This document shows, piece after piece, positions 52,393 through 60,665 of a stretch of 64,000 bases of DNA (positions within the stretch are counted from its first letter, which is position 1; every line of letters begins with the position of its first letter). Made by a program: the position numbers and the translations under genes. The notes beneath the pieces are model-generated. The model was not told the origin of the DNA and did not search any database. It was given only the letters and a program-made list of their open reading frames with translations. The DNA lies in assembly GCA_019058365.1 (NCBI GenBank), contig JAHPZE010000020.1, positions 13,714-77,713 of the forward strand, written 5' to 3'. The stretch is from Promethearchaeota archaeon. Lineage in GTDB: Archaea; Asgardarchaeota; Lokiarchaeia; Sigyniarchaeales; SOKP01.

Positions 52393-53748
52393 TTATTTCA
52401 ATAAACTTTTCTCTTTAGCATCTAATTCTAACCAATCACTTACATTTTTTAATTGTTTTCTTGAAGCTCCACATAGTAACTTTAAAAATGGAAGGAATCC
52501 TTGAATGAAATCGATTTGAGAGATTTGATATTTTCTTTTAAGCTTTTCTACAAATTCTTTTTCAACAGTTGTTAAAGAAAAATACGTTCCTGAAGTGTAT
52601 CTTGGAAATACAACTCTCTGAAATCCTTTTGATAAAGGTGTATCTTTTCTAGATAAAGCAACACCTCCAGCAAAGAGATCAAAAAAATAGGGTAGAAGTC
52701 CCCAATATTGTGTAGTGCGAATTCTACCAAAAATTTCATCTGCTAACGAGAGATTCTCAAAAGCATTGGCAAGGTCTCTATTTGATTTCAGGAAAGTAAG
52801 GAGATTTTCGTTTATCCATTTATATAGAAAGTTGTAATCAACATCAGATTTGTCAGTTAAATCTCTAGCTTCTTTTAAAGATGAAATTTTAAATAAATCC
52901 CTAATTAGGGTAAAAATTTCTTCCAAATTATCACGATGTAAACTTAGAATTAAATCTTTAACATCTCCTTCTATCTTTCCTTGACCAATTCCTTGAATAT
53001 CATTAATTACTCCTCTCAAATCTCCGTTATTTTTATCTATAATTAACTCTAAATCTTCATTTTTGAGATTTGTAATATTCTCCTTCTTTAAGATATTATT
53101 TGCTATTTTAATTACTTCATTCTTGGGTAAAGGATGAACCTCATACCTATTAATCTTATTATATAATGGTTGTAGATTTGTTTTATATTCATTAGAACAC
53201 ATTATAATAGGGAACTGCGTATTCTGAATTAAATCCAAAACTGTAGGAATTGCCCCTCTATCTTGAACGCCATAAATTCCATCAATCTCATCAATAAGTA
53301 TTAATTTCTCTTTTGATTCAGTAATAAAATCCATGATTCCTCGAGATTTAGTAGTTTCTTTCAATCTCCTTTCTAATGTATTTCTTGTTCGTGTATCAGA
53401 TGCGTTAGTTTCTATTACTTCCATATTAAAATCATTTGCAAGTGCATAAACAATAGATGTTTTACCAATTCCAGGAGGACCCTCTAATAAAACAGCGGCG
53501 ATATCAGAAGATATTTTTTTTTCTTCTTTTTGCTCCTTTTCAATTACAGTTCTATTAAATTCCCGAATTTCTTTATTCTCAATATTGATCTTTTTTCTTT
53601 CTTCGAAGAAATGTTTTATAAAATTCTCTAATTCTTCACTCAAGTTAATTCGTTGCCTGCCCAGTCTAGCAGAGGGTAAAGCCATTTCCTTGATGCTCTT
53701 TGGGCGATATTTCTCCACCCACGGAATATCTGAATCCTTTTTTGACAT
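52393..53748 (-). CDS. rfcL: Replication factor C large subunit
   Basis: PWVEKYRP, GPPGIGKT, ETNASD, LIDEIDG, GDLRGVIND. Confidence 0.93.
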   Translation of the reverse strand: MSKKDSDIPWVEKYRPKSIKEMALPSARLGRQRINLSEELENFIKHFFEERKKINIENKEIREFNRTVIEKEQKEEKKISSDIAAVLLEGPPGIGKTSIVYALANDFNMEVIETNASDTRTRNTLERRLKETTKSRGIMDFITESKEKLILIDEIDGIYGVQDRGAIPTVLDLIQNTQFPIIMCSNEYKTNLQPLYNKINRYEVHPLPKNEVIKIANNILKKENITNLKNEDLELIIDKNNGDLRGVINDIQGIGQGKIEGDVKDLILSLHRDNLEEIFTLIRDLFKISSLKEARDLTDKSDVDYNFLYKWINENLLTFLKSNRDLANAFENLSLADEIFGRIRTTQYWGLLPYFFDLFAGGVALSRKDTPLSKGFQRVVFPRYTSGTYFSLTTVEKEFVEKLKRKYQISQIDFIQGFLPFLKLLCGASRKQLKNVSDWLELDAKEKSLLK

Positions 53749-53761
53749 TTGCTTTACTCAC

Positions 53762-54808
53762 CTACATATATTCTGAAAATAAACAGATTTTTGATAGAAG
53801 AGCAGATATTTGAATATCTATATCTCTCCCATCAAGTGTTCTGAAGTCAGAATCGGCAATTAAGTTAATTAATTTAATCCTAGTAAATTTACTTAGTGGT
53901 AGTTTATTAATTTCAATAAGTATAAGCCGATAAAATTCATGAGCACTAAATTTATAACTCGAAAGAATTTTTCGTGATAATTCCCGAGCTTTTGGGAAAT
54001 TTCCTTTAAAAGCTACTAATAAAAGGCTTTTAATAAGATCATTATGAAATTTCTGAGCGTTTTCATATAAAATTTCAACAGTAATGTTATTTCCATTAAT
54101 ACTACTTAACTGTAAGAGATCAATTGCTCGAGAGATTTTACTATCTGAAATTCGATACAAAATTTCAATACATTCGTCAGAAATTTCTAATGACTCTTTT
54201 TTAGCGATATAAAGAATCAATTCTTTAAATTCAACAAATTTAACACGAGAAATCAGTATTATTTGACATCTACTAACAATAGGATTAATTATACTTGAAA
54301 CATTAGTCGTAATTAAAATCATCCTACAATTAGTTCCATAAATCTCCATTAATCTTCTAAAACCTTGTTGGTTTGATCCTAAAGCTTCGAAATTTTTCAC
54401 AACAAGAATCTTAAATGGAGCATTCCCTAATACTTTTAATTGAACAAAAGGCTTTACTCTGGCTTGAATAAATGCTGGAGTTGTAATGCTTCTTCCAGCA
54501 CTACTACCAATTTTATTAGTAGAAACATAAGCCTCAGCTTTAGCTTCTTTTCTCTCTTCATCAGTTAGAGGAACATCTGCGTAAATTAACTTAAAATTGG
54601 CGTCATAATCTTTACCCAGAAATTCCTTTGAAAATAATTGTGCAATTACCGTTTTTCCGATATCATTCGAGCCTACCAATAATAAATGTGGAAAATTATT
54701 TTGTTGAATTATATGCTTTAAGGTCTCTTTAACCGTTTCTCTTCCACTGATCTCATCCAAGTTCTTTGGATGGTACTTTATTCGCCATATTGGAATTTCT
54801 TCAGTCAT
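53762..54808 (-). CDS. Second RFC small subunit with degenerate ATPase motifs
   Basis: WRIKYHP, Walker A GSNDIGKT, Walker B replaced by VKNFE, retains QQGFRR and PIVSRC. Confidence 0.82.
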   Translation of the reverse strand: MTEEIPIWRIKYHPKNLDEISGRETVKETLKHIIQQNNFPHLLLVGSNDIGKTVIAQLFSKEFLGKDYDANFKLIYADVPLTDEERKEAKAEAYVSTNKIGSSAGRSITTPAFIQARVKPFVQLKVLGNAPFKILVVKNFEALGSNQQGFRRLMEIYGTNCRMILITTNVSSIINPIVSRCQIILISRVKFVEFKELILYIAKKESLEISDECIEILYRISDSKISRAIDLLQLSSINGNNITVEILYENAQKFHNDLIKSLLLVAFKGNFPKARELSRKILSSYKFSAHEFYRLILIEINKLPLSKFTRIKLINLIADSDFRTLDGRDIDIQISALLSKICLFSEYM

Positions 54809-54845
54809 ATTTGCTTTCCTTAAGATCCTTTTTTTTTATAAATCC

Positions 54846-55817
54846 TTAAATTTGAATATATTCTATGATCGTTGCTAAAAGTGCTGAAATCTGCATTTTT
54901 TCATCTGCCCCTTGACTTATTCGATAATCGATTTCTCCAATATATGTCTTTAAATTGACTAGATTTATAGGCTCTATTTTTAATGAAGGTAAAACCTCCG
55001 ATATTTGCCTTATGAAATTACGACTGTCAAGAATTTCAATAGAATCAAAAATTTCTTTCGAACTCATAAAATCCTTTTTCTTTAGGACTGAAATTAAACT
55101 ATTTAAAGTTTTTTCGTCTAAAAATCCTGAAATTCTTAAAATTTCATTTATGTCTAAATTTTCCAAAAGTTCAAGAGCCACCGCCATCTGTAGAGTATTT
55201 ATAGCTTTCCTTAAATCTCCTCCCGAAATAAAAAATAAATGATTGAAAAATTGCTCCGATTTATCAGAAGGGATTTTCAATTTCTCTTTTGTAACAATAT
55301 ATTTTAATCTATCGATTATCTTTTCTTTTGGTAAACTTACAAATCTAAATACTGCGCATCGAGAAATAATTGGATCTATTATTCTATTTATATAATTACA
55401 TAAGAGGATGAACTTTATATTATTAGATGTTTTTTCAATAATCCTCCTAAGAGCCTGTTGGACTGTTCCAGGAATATTATCAGCTTCATCTAAAATTACG
55501 AATTTTAATGACCCGTTTTTAATTAAGCTCTGATTAACAAAATTTTTTAGAACATTTCTTACAAAATCTATTCTTACAGTATCAGAGGCGTTCAATTCTA
55601 AAAGATTTGTATCCAACTCCTCCTCTTTAAGAAAATGTTTTGCTATTATCAAGGCAGTACTGGTTTTTCCTGTTCCTGCTGGACCAGTAAAAATCATGTG
55701 GGGCATATTTCTATTTCTGACAAACTCCTTAAGGTTGTTAATAGCAATGTTTTGACTCACAATATCATTAAATGTCTTTGGGCGATATGTCTCCACCCAC
55801 GGAATCTCCATGCTCAT
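54846..55817 (-). CDS. rfcS: Replication factor C small subunit
   Basis: WVETYRP, GPAGTGKT, LELNASD, LDEAD, QQALRR, SRC, GDLRKAIN. Confidence 0.96.
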   Translation of the reverse strand: MSMEIPWVETYRPKTFNDIVSQNIAINNLKEFVRNRNMPHMIFTGPAGTGKTSTALIIAKHFLKEEELDTNLLELNASDTVRIDFVRNVLKNFVNQSLIKNGSLKFVILDEADNIPGTVQQALRRIIEKTSNNIKFILLCNYINRIIDPIISRCAVFRFVSLPKEKIIDRLKYIVTKEKLKIPSDKSEQFFNHLFFISGGDLRKAINTLQMAVALELLENLDINEILRISGFLDEKTLNSLISVLKKKDFMSSKEIFDSIEILDSRNFIRQISEVLPSLKIEPINLVNLKTYIGEIDYRISQGADEKMQISALLATIIEYIQI

Positions 55818-56201
55818 CCTCTCAATTTAAATAAATCTTAATATTATTTTAAGACTATTATAATTAAAAAGAATGGAATATATTTAATTATTTCAAAGAA
55901 TAAGAAAAGATTTAGTAAACGCTCTTTAAATATAAAAATCTATTAATGACTTCTGGTTGGTTTGGGTAGCTCCTAAAAATTTATTATGAAGGATTCTAGA
56001 GGTATATTTAAGAATATTTTTAAGATTATATCTATCTTTAAAAATCCCCAACTCTTTTAACTGTCTATAAAATTGTCTGAAAAGTAAATTTTTATATTCG
56101 ACACATCATCATAATACCAAAATTCAATTAAGATAATATCTTAATCACCACACATATCCAGCAAATATTCATCTCTCTCTTTTTGATTTTTATAATCTTT
56201 T

Positions 56202-56384
56202 GGTATTGAGAAAAGCGAGCTCCGTCAAATCGACTTAAATTTAGCAAGTTGGTATTTAATAGGAGTTTTTAAAGTGTTTGATTTAAAAATCGTTTATCAT
56301 GGAACCTTACCCCTAAAAGAGGAAATTAAATGTGTATTTGAACTTGTGCTTAAGGGTATTAAAATAAAATTTAAAGCTCATTAA
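56202..56384 (+). pseudogene. TetR-family C-terminal domain remnant, copy 1
   Basis: GIEKSELRQIDLNLASWYLIGVF...EEIKCVFELVLKGI; upstream frame broken by stops. Confidence 0.55.
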
Positions 56385-56466
56385 TTAAGATTTGAGGTAA
56401 TTTTCTCTTTATTCTTTAAATTCTTTAAATATTTCAGGAATAATTTTTTTTCCTTAATAATAGATT
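56274..56466. repeat. ~190-bp diverged direct repeat, copy 1 (copy 2 at 58253-58447)
   Basis: Collinear blocks GTGTTTGATTTAAAA, CCTAAAAGAGGAAATTAAAT, GGTAATTTTCTCTTTATT, CTTTAAATATTTCA in both copies. Confidence 0.85.
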
Positions 56467-57262
56467 CATTGTAATGAATAGGTTTTGAAAATTTTTTAAA
56501 ATAATTAAATATGTGATTTAACCACTCTATTCCTTTTGAATTATTAAAAAAAAGACATTCTTGATAATCAATTACATTATCAATTTTAGGTAAGCATAAT
56601 ATTCCTTGTTCGTCAAATATTGCTATATATAAATTGATATTCTCTATAAGAGAAACTTTAAGATTTGCTAACATTTTATTGGTAAACAATTCTCCTATAT
56701 TTTTATAGCAAATTAAATTCTTGAAGTTTTGATAATCAGTAATGATTTCTATGCTTTCTATATCATATTCTTTATTAGTCATTTGTATCATTTTTTCTTC
56801 TAACTCAAGGTTTAATTTTCCTGCAAGTTTTAAATTTAATATTTGACGTGGAACAGAGTTTTGTAAACTTAAAAATAAAGAAATTAAATCAGGTATAAGA
56901 GTTGGAGTTGTTCTATTAAATTCTCTTATTAAGTCTATATTCAATATAGGTAATAAATGGGATTTTAAATATATCAAAATGTCATGCGAGATTGGAATTT
57001 CTATTACTCTACTCCAAATAACATTGGAATAAGCATTTGTAAAATATTGATCCTCTGTGTGACAGAGTAATCCTGATTCAGTCATTTTTTTTAGATGGTA
57101 CTCTAGGGTTGATGAAGAAATTTTTAATTTTTTTACAAGTTCATTAAATTTCAATGGTTGAGAGTTATTTATTAAAAGTTCTAGAATATTTATTCTAATT
57201 TTTGATTTGAGTATTTTAAAAATTTCGGAATTAATAACATTAAATTTCATACATAGGACCAT
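56381..57262 (-). CDS. ArsR-like winged-helix regulator (DUF1724-like) whose C-terminus lies in the repeat
   Basis: RINILELL...SSTLEYHLKKM; ends LFLKYLKNLKNKEKIT like the rfcS fragment. Confidence 0.78.
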   Translation of the reverse strand: MVLCMKFNVINSEIFKILKSKIRINILELLINNSQPLKFNELVKKLKISSSTLEYHLKKMTESGLLCHTEDQYFTNAYSNVIWSRVIEIPISHDILIYLKSHLLPILNIDLIREFNRTTPTLIPDLISLFLSLQNSVPRQILNLKLAGKLNLELEEKMIQMTNKEYDIESIEIITDYQNFKNLICYKNIGELFTNKMLANLKVSLIENINLYIAIFDEQGILCLPKIDNVIDYQECLFFNNSKGIEWLNHIFNYFKKFSKPIHYNESIIKEKKLFLKYLKNLKNKEKITSNLN

Positions 57263-57536
57263 ATCTCTTTAAATTTAAGATATATAAATTTTTATCAAGA
57301 TTTATAAGGTTAATAATTAAATTAATCTATTCAATATAATCTGGAAAAAGAGATTATATAGTAGCGCTTATAATTTAAACAAAATTTTTAATATCATACG
57401 AATATATTTAAATCATTCAAATCTTTTATCAAAAAGCTTTATAAATGGATATTTGGTATGATCTCTTAACAAACTTAAAAATTTTTCATAAAATATTATA
57501 ATTCACTAATTAAATCTTTGAAAAGAAAATTCTACT

Positions 57537-58157
57537 ATGTTGATAATCGCAATTCTTAATTTTATTCTTTTAATTTTCTCTCTTTTCTCGGTAGGATATT
57601 TTTACACTTTGAGTAGTCAACCTTTGAAGAAGATTAAAAAATATGGTGATAATACGTGGAAAAAAAGTACTCAATTTCGATCTACTGCAGGAATATTTGA
57701 ATTTATCTCAGTAATCAATTTAATTCTATGGATTTGGTTTCCTCTCCCTATAGTAAGTAATTGGAGAATGAGTCAAGATTATTGGATTGCAATTATTATT
57801 GGAATATGCATATTTATCCCATCACTCATTCTTTTAGGTAAAGGAGTGAAAAATGCGGGTTCTGAAACGATGAGTCCTTCCCCCGAGACCCAACTCTATG
57901 GAGGAATATATAATTATATTCGTCATCCTCAAACTATTGGAGAATTTCTAATTTATATCGCACTCGGATTTGCGCTAAATTCTTGGTTCCTTATTCTTAT
58001 TTTGTCAACTTTCATTATAATCTATACACCCATTATGTTTTATTTTGAAGAGAAAGATCTTGCTAGAAAATATGGGGAAAAATATTTAAAATATAAAAAA
58101 AGAACAGGGGCTATAATTCCAAAATTAAGAAAGAAAAAGAAATCTATTAATAACTAA
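57537..58157 (+). CDS. Isoprenylcysteine carboxyl methyltransferase / PEMT family membrane methyltransferase
   Basis: GGIYNYIRHPQ, EEKDL...YGEKYLKYKKRT. Confidence 0.85.
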   Translation: MLIIAILNFILLIFSLFSVGYFYTLSSQPLKKIKKYGDNTWKKSTQFRSTAGIFEFISVINLILWIWFPLPIVSNWRMSQDYWIAIIIGICIFIPSLILLGKGVKNAGSETMSPSPETQLYGGIYNYIRHPQTIGEFLIYIALGFALNSWFLILILSTFIIIYTPIMFYFEEKDLARKYGEKYLKYKKRTGAIIPKLRKKKKSINN

Positions 58158-58159
58158 AA

Positions 58160-58197
58160 TTCTCAAAATGATACGTTCTCAAAATGATACGTACTCA
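58160..58197. repeat. 16-bp tandem repeat (2 copies plus a partial third)
   Basis: TTCTCAAAATGATACG x2, then TACTCA. Confidence 0.85.
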
Positions 58198-58252
58198 TTC
58201 TTTTAAATGACTAATAGTTGCACCTTGGTTACGAATTCTTGGAATCTGGAAC

Positions 58253-58447
58253 GTGTTTGATTTAAAATTCGTTAACCATAGAACCTAACACCTAAAAGAG
58301 GAAATTAAATCTGTAATTGAATTTGCACTCGAAGATATTAAAATTAAATAAATTAAACTCATTGATTATGATATGGGGTAATTTTCTCTTTATTTTTTAA
58401 ACCCTTTAAATATTTCAAGAATAATTCTTCCTCTTTAAGAAAATATT
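58253..58447. repeat. ~190-bp diverged direct repeat, copy 2 (includes a TetR 3' remnant on + strand)
   Basis: + frame VFDLKFVNHRT*HLKEEIKSVIEFALEDIKIK matches copy 1. Confidence 0.85.
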
Positions 58448-58619
58448 TTGCTATAATTAATGCTGTACTTGTTTTTCCTGTTCCTACTGGACCTGTAAAA
58501 ATTAGATAAGGTATACTTATTGTTTTCACAAATTCACTTAGATTATTTATTGCTATTTTCTGGCTAACAATCTCATCAAATGTTCTTGGGCGATATTTCT
58601 CTGTCCAAACGTCCAACAT
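58359..58619 (-). pseudogene. Orphan 5' fragment of RFC small subunit fused to repeat-derived tail
   Basis: WTEKYRP...GPVGTGKT...FLKEEEL; 46/62 aa identical to the rfcS N-terminus by manual alignment. Confidence 0.85.
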
Positions 58620-58649
58620 GTCAGTAATCCTATTGGTATTATCAAAAAA

Positions 58650-59126
58650 CTAAACTTTAGAGTTCTTTTCTGTTAGATCCAACTCTAAAACTTCATAAAC
58701 CTTCTTGAATTTCATTTGTTCATAAAGTTTAGAAGCTTCCACTGCTCTTTCTTTAATATTTACTCGAATTTTCTCAACTTTTATCTTTTTTAAATGCTCT
58801 AAGGCTTTTTCTAACAAAAGACTTCCTACTCCTTTTTTACGGTAAGATTCCTTTAGAAAAAATTGCTTAATATAGCCCTCAGATAAACCAAATGGATCAA
58901 TTCGTAGCTCAGCAATAATCATTCCTATAACGTCATTAGAATCTTCATCAATCGCTACTAATATCCCATGACGTTGAAGTGGATCATATAGACGACGTCG
59001 TATTCCCCAATCAAATCGCTTAGGATCAAATTTTTGCCCCAATCCCTCTACTAATTCTTTAGTTAACTCTTTTAAGTCTTCAATATGATCAGGAGAGGCT
59101 ACTTCAACTTTAATATTTGAACTCAT
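58650..59126 (-). CDS. GNAT family N-acetyltransferase
   Basis: YRKKGVGSLLL acetyl-CoA motif, ASKLYEQMKF. Confidence 0.9.
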   Translation of the reverse strand: MSSNIKVEVASPDHIEDLKELTKELVEGLGQKFDPKRFDWGIRRRLYDPLQRHGILVAIDEDSNDVIGMIIAELRIDPFGLSEGYIKQFFLKESYRKKGVGSLLLEKALEHLKKIKVEKIRVNIKERAVEASKLYEQMKFKKVYEVLELDLTEKNSKV

Positions 59127-59308
59127 GTTTTACCATCGTTAATGACATTTACTTTCTTATTAAAATAATAATTGCTATTTTAAAATTTAAATTTTCTTGA
59201 CTAAAAATTAATAAAATAACAAGTGAGGTGTTAATTAATATATCTTTTAATTAAAACAATAGCATTTTAAAAAAATTAAAATGGAATTGGCATTTGTGAA
59301 TAAAAATA

Positions 59309-59593
59309 TTAAAAATGGCGAGCAGATGTACCATCCCAAGCCCTAACACTTTCATTTACCCATCCACACTTTGGACATTTATCTGGAAGCTCCCAATTTT
59401 CAAGTGCTGGATGGATACGACAATATAGTCCACCACAACTAGCACATACTAGATATTTTGCTCCACAGCCGGAACACATTTTCAGTTGACCTTGTTCCAC
59501 AAACGGAAAAGCTCTCCGCATCCATTCATCATGGGCCAGAGAGAAGGATTCTTTTCCACACACAATACAATGAACTCCATCCTCTTCAGACAT
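59309..59593 (-). CDS. Small multi-CxxC zinc-finger protein
   Basis: CIVC, CSGC, CASC, CPKC. Confidence 0.8.
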   Translation of the reverse strand: MSEEDGVHCIVCGKESFSLAHDEWMRRAFPFVEQGQLKMCSGCGAKYLVCASCGGLYCRIHPALENWELPDKCPKCGWVNESVRAWDGTSARHF

Positions 59594-59795
59594 TTCTCTA
59601 ATTCAACTCACATTTTATTATTTTTAATTAATAAATTTTATTATAATTTAGGTTTAATCGAGTTAGATATAATACATTTACTAGTTAGTAATATTAATTA
59701 AATAATAAAATTACAAATTAAATATTTTCTTATAAGTAAGAATTAGTTAAAAAATAAATTATAAATTGAAGAAATATGAAAAAGAGTTATTATCT

Positions 59796-60119
59796 TTACA
59801 TTTCTAATTTCTTAGCTGCTCCAGCTCCTGTTACTTCAGGATTGACCGCTTCAAGGTTTTGAATTAATGTATATATTGCATCTTCTTCTAAAGCTTCTTT
59901 AAAAGCAATATACATCTCTTTACTTCCAATAAATAATCCTTTTCGCTTCATTGGTTTACCATCGCTTTTTAAAGGATTTACTTCTAGAAATAATAAAGCT
60001 GGTCTCGTTTTTGTTGCAGGAACTTTAACTACAAATACACCGGGGACGGGAGTCTCCATTTTTTCCCAATCTTTTCCACTTTTCAAATGATCTTTCAATT
60101 GTGTTTGAATGTCTACCAT
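59796..60119 (-). CDS. Conserved hypothetical protein
   Basis: 107 aa; PGVFVVKVP...LEVNP...PMKRKGLF. Confidence 0.75.
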   Translation of the reverse strand: MVDIQTQLKDHLKSGKDWEKMETPVPGVFVVKVPATKTRPALLFLEVNPLKSDGKPMKRKGLFIGSKEMYIAFKEALEEDAIYTLIQNLEAVNPEVTGAGAAKKLEM

Positions 60120-60384
60120 TTTAATTCACAGAATAAATTTGTAATATATGTTACGTGTTACATATAATATTTATTTAAAAATTTTTGGATCGAATTAAAA
60201 TCTTAAACCTTCCTAAAAAATTAATAAATTGATTGATTATAAAATTACTATGAATATATTATTTAAAACTAATATTTAGAATTACAATAGCATTCTGTCG
60301 GATTTCTTGGGGTCAATTTCCACTAAACCTTTAAATATATCACTCTCGTATATATTTTTATCAGTCAAAATAAAAAAGAAATAG

Positions 60385-60615
60385 ATGTTTGAGATGAAAT
60401 TAATTTCAGTAAACCTACCCGAATCCTATCTTAAGGTTTTAGAGATACTCGTAGTTGATGGAAAATTCCCTAATAGAAGTGAAGCGATTCGTGTGGCTAT
60501 AAGGGATTTAATAAAAACAGAATATTTGATAGAAGAATCAGTAAATAGAAATCTTGCACCAAGTTTAATAAAATCTGAAGTGGAAAATGAGATCCAAGAA
60601 AATCTATTAATCTAA
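60385..60615 (+). CDS. Ribbon-helix-helix regulator, CdrS-like
   Basis: MKLISVNLP...GKFPNRSEAIRVAIRDLI. Confidence 0.85.
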   Translation: MFEMKLISVNLPESYLKVLEILVVDGKFPNRSEAIRVAIRDLIKTEYLIEESVNRNLAPSLIKSEVENEIQENLLI

Positions 60616-60665
60616 ACAATTTTTTTTTCTTTTTTTTAAAACAGTTTGTTAAAAGGTTGATTTCT

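Larger units (their letters stand above)
55621..58444. mobile_element. Remnant integrated island in the 5' end of rfcS, bounded by a 16-bp direct repeat
   Basis: TCCTCTTTAAGAAAAT at 55621-55636 and 58429-58444; duplicated diverged rfcS 5' ends; no integrase seen. Confidence 0.6.

Noticed and set aside
3506-55841. Many short ORFs overlapping long genes (e.g. 3506-3727, 10088-10501, 29790-30128, 30056-30268, 31882-32352, 45757-46104, 54955-55242)
   Set aside because: Antisense or alternate-frame shadows of well-supported genes, with no motifs of their own.
55818-58428. Integrase or transposase within the rfcS insert
   Set aside because: No tyrosine/serine recombinase or DDE motifs found; the decayed + strand frames look TetR-like.
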